Shown: positions 25,232 to 36,113, counted from the stretch's first letter. The stretch is 64,000 nt of DNA from Bacteroidia bacterium (GCA_030428865.1 JAUIEK010000009.1:4876-68875), one strand, 5' to 3'. The notes: generated by a model not told the origin, from the letters alone. Program-made: numbers and translations.

Positions 25232-26805
25232 TTTTTAATGAGATTTTGGCAGTAGTAAAGATACCACTGAATATTAATTTCATTAAAACTTTTATAGTTT
25301 TGATTATAAGGAAGCTGATTATCCTTTAAACATTCTTCTAACTCTTCAGTTATTTTTTTTGCGTTTAACCAGTCATTTTTTTTCAATCTATTTGTTATGA
25401 GTTTATTAGGTGTTATATTTTTTAGAGTATTCTTAGCTTTTAATTTCTTTAAATTAAAAATTGATGGATGCATTTCACTATTATAATTTATATCATACTC
25501 AGCAAATAGAGATTTTAAAATTTCTACATAAATTTTTTTATTAAACTTTTGCTCTAACGGAATTGTTTTAAAACAGGTTAATAAATTTTTATCCCAAAAA
25601 GGCATTCTATATTCATACCCAAAGAAATCATAAACTGATGAAGAATTAATAATAACTTTTGGGGTAACTTCTTTAAAAAGAAAATCTTCATAAACAGAAT
25701 GAGGCGTAAAATCAAAATATGATTTTTTCAGTATTTTTCTAATATGATTTTTTAGTTCAGCATGTTTTTCCTTTTCTGAGTACGTATAATTTTTAGCTAT
25801 TTGATTAATAATGTTTTTTTTTGTTAATTTTTGAGGAATCATTTTTAAAAAATATCCTCCTCCTAATGCACCTCCATCATGGCCAGGTATAAATACAGCA
25901 TTATTAGGAATCAAGTTATTTTCCTTTAAATATTTTACGGCAAAATATTCTTGTAAAAAAAGCATGGTTGAGTAATGAAAATTTTCTTTGCAGTATTCCT
26001 TGAAAATTTCCGTTTTAGAATATCCTTCTATTAAATCATCTTTATACTCTATAAAATTCCACTGAAACCCTAATTTCTCTGTAACCTCTTTGGATCTAAG
26101 CATATCAGCGTTATTAACTTTTCCATAAGTATAAGTGACTACATTTTTATAATTAAATTTTTTAAAATAATAGGCGATTAAACGAGAATCGAAACCACCA
26201 CTTAGCGGAATTACAACAGGCTTATTATTAAGAGATTTTATAAGGTTTTCGAATGTAGCATCTAACTGTATTTTAATTTCTTTTTTTAAAGAATTGCTGC
26301 TTTTTTTGCTATAATCTTTTGTAGTATGTGAGTAAGATATACCACTGTCTACAATTTTATTATTATCAAAAATTAAAAATTCACTTGCTTGTAATTGAAA
26401 TATTCCTTCTAGAAGCGTTGTATTTCCTAATGTAAAACCAAGTCTTTTAAATTCATAAGTATACTGTTGATTGATTGTTGGATTGATTTTTTTCTTTAAA
26501 AAGTTAATATCATCAGTAAGCCAGAGTATATTTTTATCCCAAGTATAAAATAACGGAAAGGCTCTAGTTGTATCGCAGGCAATATAAGTCTCATTACTAT
26601 TTTTAAAAATTACAGTAAATAGACCACTAATAGAATTTATTTTTTTTAGAAAATCAGCACGATTTTTTACATCATCAAAATAAGAATTAGCGGAATCTTT
26701 TGTATGGTAGTTGTTATGAGAATCAAAAAAAAATCCTTTAAAACAAATTTTAGTATCCGAATGCCATTGGAAACCTCTATTGTATTTTAAAACTATTTTA
26801 TGCAT
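25225..26805 (-). CDS. asparagine synthase-like ATP-pyrophosphatase domain protein lacking the N-terminal catalytic Cys
   Basis: PP-loop VVIPLSGGFDSR. The N-terminus is MHKIV..., with no Cys2 nucleophile. 526 aa. Confidence 0.7.
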   Translation of the reverse strand: MHKIVLKYNRGFQWHSDTKICFKGFFFDSHNNYHTKDSANSYFDDVKNRADFLKKINSISGLFTVIFKNSNETYIACDTTRAFPLFYTWDKNILWLTDDINFLKKKINPTINQQYTYEFKRLGFTLGNTTLLEGIFQLQASEFLIFDNNKIVDSGISYSHTTKDYSKKSSNSLKKEIKIQLDATFENLIKSLNNKPVVIPLSGGFDSRLIAYYFKKFNYKNVVTYTYGKVNNADMLRSKEVTEKLGFQWNFIEYKDDLIEGYSKTEIFKEYCKENFHYSTMLFLQEYFAVKYLKENNLIPNNAVFIPGHDGGALGGGYFLKMIPQKLTKKNIINQIAKNYTYSEKEKHAELKNHIRKILKKSYFDFTPHSVYEDFLFKEVTPKVIINSSSVYDFFGYEYRMPFWDKNLLTCFKTIPLEQKFNKKIYVEILKSLFAEYDINYNSEMHPSIFNLKKLKAKNTLKNITPNKLITNRLKKNDWLNAKKITEELEECLKDNQLPYNQNYKSFNEINIQWYLYYCQNLIKKC

Positions 26806-26811
26806 TATAGT

Positions 26812-28098
26812 CTAATAAATTTCACGATAATCTTTTTTTGATACGTGTAAGAAGTAACTCATAATAAAAATATTATAAATTACGCCAACTGCAGCAAACA
26901 TGGTAATTGCTATAACAGTACTGTTATAAAATTTATAGCCAATATAAATGCCTAAAAACCGCAATATTAATTTTAGTATATCAATTATTAAAATAATTTT
27001 CTGCTTTTTAAGTATAGTAATGATAGAAGAGATAGGTGCGTTTAAATAGGCAAAAAACACAAGAGGTAACAAAATTCTAGCATAAAGCCCTGCTTCACTC
27101 CAGTTATCTCCAAAAATTACATCTAAAAAAAATGATAAGACAAAAAGCAGCAGAAAAATCAATATACCAGAAATTAATAGTTTTTTATAAGTTGATTTTA
27201 CAAGCTGATACAAGTTCTCTTTGTTATTATAGATTTTACCTGCTCGATTAAAAAATACTTGACTTGCAGATTGACTCACTAAACCTGATGGTGTTTTTAA
27301 AACTTTTGATGCCAATCCGTAAAAAGCAACTTGTTGAAAACCAAAGAAATTAGCAATAAGAATCACAGGCAGTTCTGCTGATAATTGATCAGAAAAACTT
27401 AATAAACTGTTGAATAATGGAACATTCTTATATTTCTTTAGCAAGTAAAACATTCTTTTAAAAGACAAATGTTTTATATGTTTTCTAAGGCTATTGACTG
27501 AAACTAAGCATAAGTAAAAAGTTTGTGTAAACAGCCCTAAAACATGACCTAATATTAATCCTATTTTTTTAAACCAAAGACCCGTAGAAATTTGATAACT
27601 GGCTATAGAACTAGATTTTACAACAGATCCGGAAGCGATACCGTTAAAATATCCTACTCTGTTATTCCAATAATTAAGAGTTTCTGTAATATTGATAAAT
27701 AATAACCCTAAAGGGATAAAATAAATAAAACTCTGATAACGCTGTATATTAAATAATTCAATAAGGAATTCCTCAAGTATAAAGATGATAAGAAGTAAAA
27801 GAATAGTTAAAATAAAACCATAAAAAAAACTAAAAAACACAATGTTTATAGAATCTTTATCTCTTTTTGGTAAGAGAATAGAAAACTCTAAACTAAGAGT
27901 AGATATGGGTTTTAAAATAATTAATGATGAGCTAAAAAGTAGGTATAAGCCAATGGTATTTTCATCGAATAAACGAGTTAAGAAAATGAATGAGAAAAAT
28001 ACGATTGCTTGACTCAATGTAGAACCAAGAAATAAAGTTGCAAAACTTTTTGAAAAACCTTTTCTTAACTGAGAAAAAAACCGAATTTTACTTTTCAT
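26812..28098 (-). CDS. oligosaccharide/polysaccharide flippase (MOP/Wzx family)
   Basis: 428-aa protein with about 12 hydrophobic segments, positioned in a glycan-modification operon. Confidence 0.7.
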   Translation of the reverse strand: MKSKIRFFSQLRKGFSKSFATLFLGSTLSQAIVFFSFIFLTRLFDENTIGLYLLFSSSLIILKPISTLSLEFSILLPKRDKDSINIVFFSFFYGFILTILLLLIIFILEEFLIELFNIQRYQSFIYFIPLGLLFINITETLNYWNNRVGYFNGIASGSVVKSSSIASYQISTGLWFKKIGLILGHVLGLFTQTFYLCLVSVNSLRKHIKHLSFKRMFYLLKKYKNVPLFNSLLSFSDQLSAELPVILIANFFGFQQVAFYGLASKVLKTPSGLVSQSASQVFFNRAGKIYNNKENLYQLVKSTYKKLLISGILIFLLLFVLSFFLDVIFGDNWSEAGLYARILLPLVFFAYLNAPISSIITILKKQKIILIIDILKLILRFLGIYIGYKFYNSTVIAITMFAAVGVIYNIFIMSYFLHVSKKDYREIY

Positions 28099-28116
28099 TC
28101 ATCAAATATAATTCAA

Positions 28117-28803
28117 ATGCAAAAGATAGAACATGTGTTCTTTGATCTAGATCATACTTTATGGGATTTCGAAAAAAATTCAGCATTAACTTTTGAAAAA
28201 ATATTTACAGAAATCAATTTTTCAGTAGATATAAGCTCTTTTTTATCTTATTACAAACCAATTAATTTAGATTTTTGGAGACTTTACAGAGAAGATAAAA
28301 TTTCCAAACAAGAGTTGCGATATCAACGTTTGAAAACTACGTTTGATAACATGAACCTAAATATTTCAGATGATGCAATTGATCAGTTATCTGTTCTTTA
28401 TATAGAAAATTTACCAACTTTTAATCATCTTTTTGATGGAACAAAAGAAGTTTTAGATTATCTAGCTTGTAATTATACATTGCACATTATTACCAATGGA
28501 TTTGAAGAAGTTCAACTGAAAAAACTGAAAAAATCTGGAATCTATTCATATTTCAGTCAGGTAATTACTTCCGAATCCGTAGGAGTAAAAAAACCGAATC
28601 CGTTAGTTTTTGAATATGCATTACAACAATCTGGAGCTAGCATATCAAATTCTGTTATGATAGGTGATAGCTTTGAGGCTGATATTTTAGGAGCTCATGC
28701 GGTTGGTATGGATGTGATTTTTTGCAATTTTGATCAAATAAAAGTAAAGAAAAACACTTTTAAAACAATAAATAGATTAGTACATATAAAGAAGTTTCTT
28801 TAA
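28117..28803 (+). CDS. HAD-superfamily hydrolase (YjjG-like nucleotidase subfamily)
   Basis: HAD motif I FFDLDHTLWDF, motif III K (GVKKPNP) and motif IV GDSFEADI. Confidence 0.75.
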   Translation: MQKIEHVFFDLDHTLWDFEKNSALTFEKIFTEINFSVDISSFLSYYKPINLDFWRLYREDKISKQELRYQRLKTTFDNMNLNISDDAIDQLSVLYIENLPTFNHLFDGTKEVLDYLACNYTLHIITNGFEEVQLKKLKKSGIYSYFSQVITSESVGVKKPNPLVFEYALQQSGASISNSVMIGDSFEADILGAHAVGMDVIFCNFDQIKVKKNTFKTINRLVHIKKFL

Positions 28804-28844
28804 AACTTATTATTCAGATTGTTTTTCTGTATACATAAATATTA

Positions 28845-30113
28845 TCAGTATTTATTTTGCCATAGTTTTTTTAGTAATAGCTTTATTTTACTTTCCTTTT
28901 CATTAGTGGCCGGATTATAAAAAATTTCGTTTTCTATTTCTTTTGGCAAATATTCTTGCATTACAAAATTATTAGGATAATTATGAGGATAGAGATAATC
29001 TTTTCCGTAATCTAGATCTTTCATCAGTTTTGTGGGCGCATTTCTAAGATGAAGAGGAACAGATAAGTCTCCTGTTTTTCTAACAGTTTCCTGTGCATTT
29101 CCAATAGCTAGATAACTTGTATTGCTTTTAGGAGAAGCAGCAAGGTATATAGCACATTGACTCAAAATAATTCGAGCTTCTGGATAACCAATCTTTTCAA
29201 CAGCTTCAAAAGTTGAGTTAGCTAATAATAAAGCATTTGGATTTGCCAGTCCAATATCTTCCGAAGCAGAAATAATCATTCTCCTAGCAATAAATTTAAC
29301 GTCTTCTCCACCTTCAATCATTCTAGCTAACCAGTAAACAGTTGCATTAGGATCGCTTCCTCTAATAGATTTAATAAATGCAGATATAATATCATAATGT
29401 TGCTCTCCTGTTTTATCATATCGCACAGGATTTGATTGTACTTCTTGTAAAACAACTTTATTAGTTATAATATATGGAGGTTCCATTGAATTAATAACTA
29501 GCTCAAATAAATTCAATAGTTTCCTTGCATCTCCGCTAGAAACTCGAACAAGTGCGTCAATTTCTTTGAGTTTTATATCTAATTTAGAAAGCTCATTATC
29601 ATTTTTAATAGCTCTATCTAAAAGTTGGTTTAAATCTTCTTTGTTAAAAGAATTAAGTGTGTATACTTGGCATCTTGAAAGTAAAGCAGGAATTACTTCA
29701 AAACTAGGATTTTCGGTCGTGGCACCAATTAATGTAATAATGCCTTTTTCAACAGCATTGAGTAAAGAATCTTGTTGTGATTTGCTAAACCGATGAATTT
29801 CATCAATAAATAGAATAGGATTTTTTGCAGTAAACAACCCGCCAGATTTTTGAGCATTTTGAATTACTTCTCTAACATCTTTTACGCCAGAATTGATAGC
29901 ACTCAGAGTAAAAAAAGAACGCCCCGTTTCTTGCGCAATAATAGTGGCTAAAGTTGTTTTTCCTGTTCCTGGAGGTCCCCAAAAAATCATGGAAGGAATA
30001 ATCCCGGTCTTGATATGTTTTGTTAAAATTCCGGTATCACCTACTAAGTGTTTTTGGCTTAAATAATCATTTAAGGTTTTAGGTCTAATGCGTTCTGCTA
30101 AAGGAATATTCAT
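28845..30113 (-). CDS. rarA: replication-associated recombination protein A (AAA+ ATPase)
   Basis: Walker A GPPGTGKTT, Walker B LFIDEIHRF and the conserved MgsA C-terminal region (YDIISAFIKSIRGSDPNA..YWLARM). Confidence 0.9.
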   Translation of the reverse strand: MNIPLAERIRPKTLNDYLSQKHLVGDTGILTKHIKTGIIPSMIFWGPPGTGKTTLATIIAQETGRSFFTLSAINSGVKDVREVIQNAQKSGGLFTAKNPILFIDEIHRFSKSQQDSLLNAVEKGIITLIGATTENPSFEVIPALLSRCQVYTLNSFNKEDLNQLLDRAIKNDNELSKLDIKLKEIDALVRVSSGDARKLLNLFELVINSMEPPYIITNKVVLQEVQSNPVRYDKTGEQHYDIISAFIKSIRGSDPNATVYWLARMIEGGEDVKFIARRMIISASEDIGLANPNALLLANSTFEAVEKIGYPEARIILSQCAIYLAASPKSNTSYLAIGNAQETVRKTGDLSVPLHLRNAPTKLMKDLDYGKDYLYPHNYPNNFVMQEYLPKEIENEIFYNPATNEKESKIKLLLKKLWQNKY

Positions 30114-30181
30114 AGTTTAAAATTACTAAAGTTTTTGAGTGCACAATTCAATAATTATAGACAATTTAGTATTTTCATTTT

Positions 30182-30841
30182 ATGGATAACGAAGAGGAAT
30201 TAGCGTTTACAAAGAAACCTTTTTTAATCAGTTTATTATTTGCTTTTATAATTTGGGTTGTTTATTGGGTCGAGATTCAGTTTGATTTAAACTTTAATAA
30301 GTTAGGAATTCAACCTCTTTATTTTTTAGGGCTTAGAGGCATTCTTTTTTCTCCTTTTATACATGCAAATACAAGTCATTTAATCAATAATACCATTCCA
30401 TTATTTGTGTTGAGTTATTTACTTTTTTTCTTTTACAGAGTAGTTTCTTGGAAAGTGTTGATTTATGGAGTTTTACTAACAGGTTTTTTTACTTGGTTGA
30501 TAGGAGAGAAAGGGAATCATATTGGAGCAAGTGGAGTTATTTACATGCTTTTTGGGTTTTTGATAATGAGTGGAATATTAAAAAAATACTATAGACTTTT
30601 ATCAATTTCATTGATTATTATTTTTTTATACGGAAGTATGATTTGGTATGTATTTCCCATTAAAGACGGTATGTCTTGGGAAGGGCATTTATCTGGTCTT
30701 CTTGTAGGGGTTTTATTATCGCTAACCTTTAGAAACAGAGGGATAAACAAACCAAAAATAATTTTTAAAAGAACTGAGTTTGATGAGCTATTTGATGAAG
30801 ACGGTAATTTTATTTCAGATGTAAAAGAAGAAATAGATTAA
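30182..30841 (+). CDS. rhomboid-family intramembrane serine protease
   Basis: Multi-pass membrane protein with GASGVIYMLFG (GxSG catalytic Ser) and a downstream His-containing TM segment (WEGHLSG). Confidence 0.75.
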   Translation: MDNEEELAFTKKPFLISLLFAFIIWVVYWVEIQFDLNFNKLGIQPLYFLGLRGILFSPFIHANTSHLINNTIPLFVLSYLLFFFYRVVSWKVLIYGVLLTGFFTWLIGEKGNHIGASGVIYMLFGFLIMSGILKKYYRLLSISLIIIFLYGSMIWYVFPIKDGMSWEGHLSGLLVGVLLSLTFRNRGINKPKIIFKRTEFDELFDEDGNFISDVKEEID

Positions 30842-31575
30842 AAATTCCGTTGCCTTACAGCTTCGTATAAAAATACTCCACAAGCTACAGAAACATTTAA
30901 TGACTCAATTTTTCCATATAGAGGAATCCGAGCTTTATAATCAGCTAGCTTTAAGATTGATAGATGAATTCCTTTGTCTTCAGACCCCATTATGATTGCA
31001 ATACCTTCAGACATTGGCACATCATAAATGCTACTATCTGTTTTCTCTGTAGCAGCAACAATTTTAATATTGTGAGATTGTAAAGTAAAAATAGCATCTT
31101 TTATATGATTTACTTTACAAATAGGAATCTTGTAAGCAGCTCCAGCAGATGTTTTAATACTTTCTGCATTAACAGGAGCATTTCCGCTTTGAGGAATAAT
31201 AATTGCGTCTACACCGGTACATTCTGCACTTCTTATAATTGCTCCAAAATTTCTAACATCAGAAATTCGATCTAGTAGTAAAAATAGCGGGTTTTTATTT
31301 TTTTGAAGCGCGCTTTCTACTGTAGAATTTAAGTCATGAAATTCAATCGGGGAAATAATTGCTACAGCTCCTTGATGGTTATTGTTTTTAGATAATCTAT
31401 CTAGTTTTTCAACAGGAACATAGCTTATTGATAAATTTTCTTGCTTGATTTTTTTTTCTAGCTCTGAAAACAGACTACCTTTCAACCCTTTTTGCAAATA
31501 TATTTTTTGGATTGATTTACCACTTTCTATAGCTTCTAGAATTGCTCTTGTGCCGAATATTTCTAATTTTATCAT
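30838..31575 (-). CDS. rlmB: SpoU/TrmH-family 23S rRNA 2-prime-O-ribose methyltransferase
   Basis: N-terminal substrate-binding domain plus SpoU motifs (NFGAIIRSA, IIMGSEDKGI, IPLYGKIESLNVSVA). Confidence 0.75.
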   Translation of the reverse strand: MIKLEIFGTRAILEAIESGKSIQKIYLQKGLKGSLFSELEKKIKQENLSISYVPVEKLDRLSKNNNHQGAVAIISPIEFHDLNSTVESALQKNKNPLFLLLDRISDVRNFGAIIRSAECTGVDAIIIPQSGNAPVNAESIKTSAGAAYKIPICKVNHIKDAIFTLQSHNIKIVAATEKTDSSIYDVPMSEGIAIIMGSEDKGIHLSILKLADYKARIPLYGKIESLNVSVACGVFLYEAVRQRNF

Positions 31576-31589
31576 TTTGAATTAAAATT

Positions 31590-31625
31590 AAAAAGCTAGA
31601 ACTTTCGTAGATGTTCTAGCTTTTT
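31590..31625. terminator. bidirectional intrinsic terminator downstream of the SusD gene
   Basis: Stem aaaaagctagaac with gttctagcttttt, flanked by A and T runs. Confidence 0.6.
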
Positions 31626-31645
31626 AAATATAAATTTAAATTTTT

Positions 31646-33136
31646 TTACCAGCCAGGATTTTGTTGACCAGCTATATTAGGATTAATTGTAATATCTCTT
31701 GTAGGTATTCCCCATGTAAATTTATTAGCTGTAGCATCTTGCGTCATAGAATCATAAGTAGTCCCTGTCTGAATAATATCCGTATTTTGTGGGTCTCTAC
31801 GAGTAAAACCTAATCCCCATCTTCTCAAATCATCTAATCTAAAACCTTCAAAAGCTAACTCTCTAGTTCTTTCTTCCCTAATTGCATTTTCTAGCGCAGT
31901 TCCAGATAAACCTGCCAAAGGAGAAGCATTTCTAGCAGCTCTAAGTTCATTAATTCTTGTTAGAGGATCTCCTGAAGAGTAAAAGGCTGCTTCAGCCGAA
32001 ATTAAATACATTTCAGCAATTCTGAAAAGTATAGGTGCGTGTTGATAATTAGTATTAGCACCAGTAAATAAAGCTGGATTCCCAGGATATTTATTTACCA
32101 TCCATGTATTAGGATATAATATAGCCTGTTGTTCAACAGTAACTTGTTGAAAATAAACATCTCTTCTGTAATCAGTAGGCTCATACATATCAACAACCCA
32201 TTGAGAAGGAAGAAAATCTGGAGCAAAATTCCCTGTAGCAGGAATAAAACCAACATAAATAGAATTTGTGTTTGCTAACTCATTCGGGGCAGATGTGAAA
32301 AGAGAAGATATTACTTCCTGATGGAAATCATTAGTCCACATATTAGAAAGATCAGCTTGTGTTGTAATTAATTGATATCTATTTTCATTAATTAATTCTT
32401 CAGCAACAGTTCTGGCATCAGAATATCTTTCCATATATAATAAAACACGAGCTTCTAACGCTCTAGCAACATCAACATTAAACGAGGTAGCCCCTGGAGA
32501 ACCAGTAGTATTTGATAGCAAATTTTTAGCCGTTTGAATATCACTTAGAATTTGATCATAAATCTCTTGAACTGTATTTCTAGAAGGTAATCTATTGACA
32601 TCAAATTCTAACAAAAGGGGAACTCCCAAATCTGTTGAAGCAGTAGCTGGATTATACATGTCAGCAAATCTAACCACAAGATTGTGATAATAATAGGCTC
32701 TAGCTAAGTAAGCATCACCGGCTACTTTATCAAGACGTGATTGATCTGAAGGATCAATATCGATAGTTTGGAAGCCAGCTATTGCTGCATTAATATTAGC
32801 TAAGCCGTTGTAATATCCCCCCCAAAGTGTACTTAATAGTCCATCATCAGCTAAAAACTCAACCCATCTGTGAGGATTTCCATTTCTGTTCCCAAACGTT
32901 AATGAAGCATTTAATTGATCTGCTTGTATATCAGTTGAATACATAAAAGCACCATATACATCTGTTTTTAATGTAGCATACATTCCTGTAGACCACCTTT
33001 CAGCATCTTCTATACTCTGAAAAGACTGAGATCTATCTATTTGATCTGTAGGAACTCTTTCTAGATTATCGCAAGAAATAAAGAATAATAAACTTGCAAC
33101 TATTGTAAAAAAAGTTTTTTTATTAATAAGTTTCAT
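31646..33136 (-). CDS. SusD/RagB-family outer-membrane lipoprotein
   Basis: Lipobox FISC|D. TPR-like SusD conservation and a C-terminus ending NPGW. Lies immediately downstream of a SusC-like gene. Confidence 0.85.
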   Translation of the reverse strand: MKLINKKTFFTIVASLLFFISCDNLERVPTDQIDRSQSFQSIEDAERWSTGMYATLKTDVYGAFMYSTDIQADQLNASLTFGNRNGNPHRWVEFLADDGLLSTLWGGYYNGLANINAAIAGFQTIDIDPSDQSRLDKVAGDAYLARAYYYHNLVVRFADMYNPATASTDLGVPLLLEFDVNRLPSRNTVQEIYDQILSDIQTAKNLLSNTTGSPGATSFNVDVARALEARVLLYMERYSDARTVAEELINENRYQLITTQADLSNMWTNDFHQEVISSLFTSAPNELANTNSIYVGFIPATGNFAPDFLPSQWVVDMYEPTDYRRDVYFQQVTVEQQAILYPNTWMVNKYPGNPALFTGANTNYQHAPILFRIAEMYLISAEAAFYSSGDPLTRINELRAARNASPLAGLSGTALENAIREERTRELAFEGFRLDDLRRWGLGFTRRDPQNTDIIQTGTTYDSMTQDATANKFTWGIPTRDITINPNIAGQQNPGW

Positions 33137-33161
33137 AAGTTTCTAAATATAATTTTGTTTT

Positions 33162-36113
33162 CTAAAATGTAACTTCAACTCCAAATGATAACTGCTTAGT
33201 ATTTGGATTACTACCAATTGCTAGATTAGAATCTACTTCAGGGTCTGGACCTGTGTAGTTAGTAAATGTTAACAAGTTTCTTCCAATCGCAAAAAATCTT
33301 AAATTTTTAAGACCTAAATCCTTAATCATATCACTAGAGAAGTTATAACTCAATACGATGTTTTTCATTCTTATGAAAGAAGCGTCTTCAATAAGAGAAG
33401 AGTCAAATTGAGTAAACCTAGGGCCATCAAATCTAGGGTATCTGGTAACATCTCCAGGTTGCTTCCAATAATCTAAAACTCTCACAGATTGATTAAATCC
33501 AGGAAATAAATTAGGATTATCAGAGAAGAATCTATCATTATTAATTAAATATTTACCACTAGCAAAAGAAAAATCTGCTTGAAGAGTAAAACCTTTATAA
33601 CCAGCATTAAATCCAAAACCACCTATAAATGGTGCATTTCTTCTAATACCTGTATTTTGTTGTAAAGCAGCGGTATTAAAAGTAGTAGTAACATTATTAG
33701 GGTCTTCATTATTAACCGCCGGATCACTACCAGGAACATACCATTCAGATAAACCCGTTTGAGAATTTACTCCAGCATGGATAGGATAAAAATATGATAT
33801 TGGTTGTCCAACAGCCCAAGCTACACCTGTATTAGGAATAATCCAAAAATCTCTTCCTTGGAATAATTCAGTAATTTCTTCTTTATTGTAGTTAAAATTA
33901 ACATATGGGGTGAAAAAAAGATCACCTTTTCTTATTACATCAGCACTTAACTCTACATCAATCCCTCTATTAACTAACTCACCAACGTTCGAAGTTATAC
34001 TAGCAAAACCAGACGTTAGAGGAAAAGGAACATCAACTAACATGCTACTTGTCTTTCTATTATAGAATTCTACATTGAAGTTAATTCTATCTAAAACTCT
34101 ACCATTTATGCCTATAGTCAATTTAGACTGTTCCTCCCAAGTTAATCCATCATTTCCAGGATTGCTAATTAACCAACCTGTGCTTCCATTGTATTGATTA
34201 ACTCCAACAGACGCTAAGCTATCATAGTCTCCAATTCCACTAGAGTTACCACTTGTACCATAACTTGCTCTTAATGAAAGAGCATTTAACCAGTTGACAT
34301 CGGATAAAAAGTCCTCTTTACTAACTTTCCATAAAGCACCAGAAGACCAGAAAGTAGTTTTTCTATTATTAGCTCCAAATCTAGAAGAACCATCTTGACG
34401 AAGAGAGAAATCAAAGAAATATTTATCAGTATAACTATAATCTATTCTACCAAAGAAAGATTCAAAAACATATTCTGAATTAGATTCCGTTACAGTTTGA
34501 TTATCAGGTCCTGCATCTAATTCAAGTAAACGATCATCTGATTGACCAGTAGATGAACCTCCAAAAGAAAGAAAATCATTATCAATAAGTTCATGACCTA
34601 ACAGGAATACAAATTTGTTTTTATTATCTAGATCAAATTTATATTCAGCCGTATTCGTAACTGTTAAAGTTCTTCCTCTGTCAAACCTTTTACTCGCTGC
34701 ACCATTACCAACACTGCCTAAGAAAGAAGGTAATGTTGCCGTATTTCTAGTGAAATCGTAAAAATCAAGACCTGCTTGAGTTTTTATTGTAAGGTTTTCT
34801 ATGGGTTTTATTTGAACAAAACCAGATGGGTTAAATTGAAAATTCTTTCCTACACTAAGGATTTTTTCTTCTCTGTACTCTGGATGAAATCTGTTCCAAC
34901 CTGGTATTAAATCATATCTATCTCCATTCTCATCAACAGGAGAAAACCAGGGCTGAGCTAACCAAAATAATCCAAAATTAGTACTATTAGTAGTGCTTGG
35001 ATTTGTTTGTCTTTCATCATAACCTAATGAAAGATTTACACCAACTTTCAACCAATTTTTAACATCAGAAGTAATATTAGTTCTGATTGTGTATCTTTCA
35101 AAATCTGATTGATATGCTAATCCTTCTTGTTTTATATGACTTGCAGATATAAAGTAAGTAGATCTTTCTCCACCTCCGCTGATAGATATATCATTTTGAA
35201 TCATAGGTACATTATCCTTAAAGTAGACATCTTCCCATCTAGTATCGGCAGGGTTCGCTTGTAAAATATTATCCATTAACGCTTGGCTTGTAATCCCTGT
35301 TTCGACAAAGAATTGCGATAATTGATTTCTATTCATCATTTGATCATAAAAATCCTGATTTGCTAGATTCGTTATACTATATTGACTTCTAACAGTCACT
35401 AAATCTTCAGAATTCTTTTTACCTTTTTTTGTAACAATGTACACAACACCATTTGCAGCTCTTGATCCGTATATTGATGTAGAAGATGCGTCTTTTAATA
35501 CGTTAACGCTTTCAAAATCATTAGGATTTAAAGAAACTAAAGTTCCATTGTCAACAGGAATTCCATCAATTACAATTAACGGAGTAGAACTGCCGCTTAA
35601 TGAACCTGTACCATGAAGTCTGAACGAAGGAGTTGCTGAAGGTTCTCCTGAAGACGTATAGACTTGTAAACCAGCAACACGACCTTGCAAACCATCCATT
35701 ACACTGGGAGAAGGTCTATCAGCAATTTCTTTGGCACTAATAGATGCAACTGAACCAACCACAGAACCTAGTTTTTTACCCGATCCATAACCAATAACTA
35801 CCACTTCATCTAAAACAGTTCCACCTTCTTCTAGTTTAACGTTAATACTGCTGTTAACTCCCACAATTCTCTCTACTGTTTTATATCCTAGATAAGAGAA
35901 AACTAACACATCACCTACTTTCACTTTAATAGAATACTTCCCATCAAAATCTGTATCTGTACCTTTTGTTGTACCTTTAATTAAAACACTTACACCTGGT
36001 AAACCACCTGAATCATCAGTAACAGTACCAGAGACAGTTTTTTCTTGCGCAAACGAAATCTGCACAACCAACGCTAAAAACAGCGTTAAAATTCCATTAA
36101 ACTTTGTCTTCAT
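33162..36113 (-). CDS. SusC/RagA-family TonB-dependent outer-membrane transporter
   Basis: Signal peptide, then a carboxypeptidase-regulatory-like domain (VSGTVTDDSGGLPGVSVLIKGT), a plug domain and a barrel that ends in F. Confidence 0.9.
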   Translation of the reverse strand: MKTKFNGILTLFLALVVQISFAQEKTVSGTVTDDSGGLPGVSVLIKGTTKGTDTDFDGKYSIKVKVGDVLVFSYLGYKTVERIVGVNSSINVKLEEGGTVLDEVVVIGYGSGKKLGSVVGSVASISAKEIADRPSPSVMDGLQGRVAGLQVYTSSGEPSATPSFRLHGTGSLSGSSTPLIVIDGIPVDNGTLVSLNPNDFESVNVLKDASSTSIYGSRAANGVVYIVTKKGKKNSEDLVTVRSQYSITNLANQDFYDQMMNRNQLSQFFVETGITSQALMDNILQANPADTRWEDVYFKDNVPMIQNDISISGGGERSTYFISASHIKQEGLAYQSDFERYTIRTNITSDVKNWLKVGVNLSLGYDERQTNPSTTNSTNFGLFWLAQPWFSPVDENGDRYDLIPGWNRFHPEYREEKILSVGKNFQFNPSGFVQIKPIENLTIKTQAGLDFYDFTRNTATLPSFLGSVGNGAASKRFDRGRTLTVTNTAEYKFDLDNKNKFVFLLGHELIDNDFLSFGGSSTGQSDDRLLELDAGPDNQTVTESNSEYVFESFFGRIDYSYTDKYFFDFSLRQDGSSRFGANNRKTTFWSSGALWKVSKEDFLSDVNWLNALSLRASYGTSGNSSGIGDYDSLASVGVNQYNGSTGWLISNPGNDGLTWEEQSKLTIGINGRVLDRINFNVEFYNRKTSSMLVDVPFPLTSGFASITSNVGELVNRGIDVELSADVIRKGDLFFTPYVNFNYNKEEITELFQGRDFWIIPNTGVAWAVGQPISYFYPIHAGVNSQTGLSEWYVPGSDPAVNNEDPNNVTTTFNTAALQQNTGIRRNAPFIGGFGFNAGYKGFTLQADFSFASGKYLINNDRFFSDNPNLFPGFNQSVRVLDYWKQPGDVTRYPRFDGPRFTQFDSSLIEDASFIRMKNIVLSYNFSSDMIKDLGLKNLRFFAIGRNLLTFTNYTGPDPEVDSNLAIGSNPNTKQLSFGVEVTF

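Noticed and set aside
25225-26805. AsnB-like protein as the missing lasso cyclase for the peptide locus at 11.5-15.7 kb
   Set aside because: It is about 10 kb away and separated by trkHA, radC and other unrelated genes. It is embedded in a flippase/acetyltransferase operon with overlapping genes, and no PF13471-type leader protease is adjacent. A glycan-modification context is more parsimonious.
29566-29796. 76-aa plus-strand ORF
   Set aside because: It is antisense to rarA.
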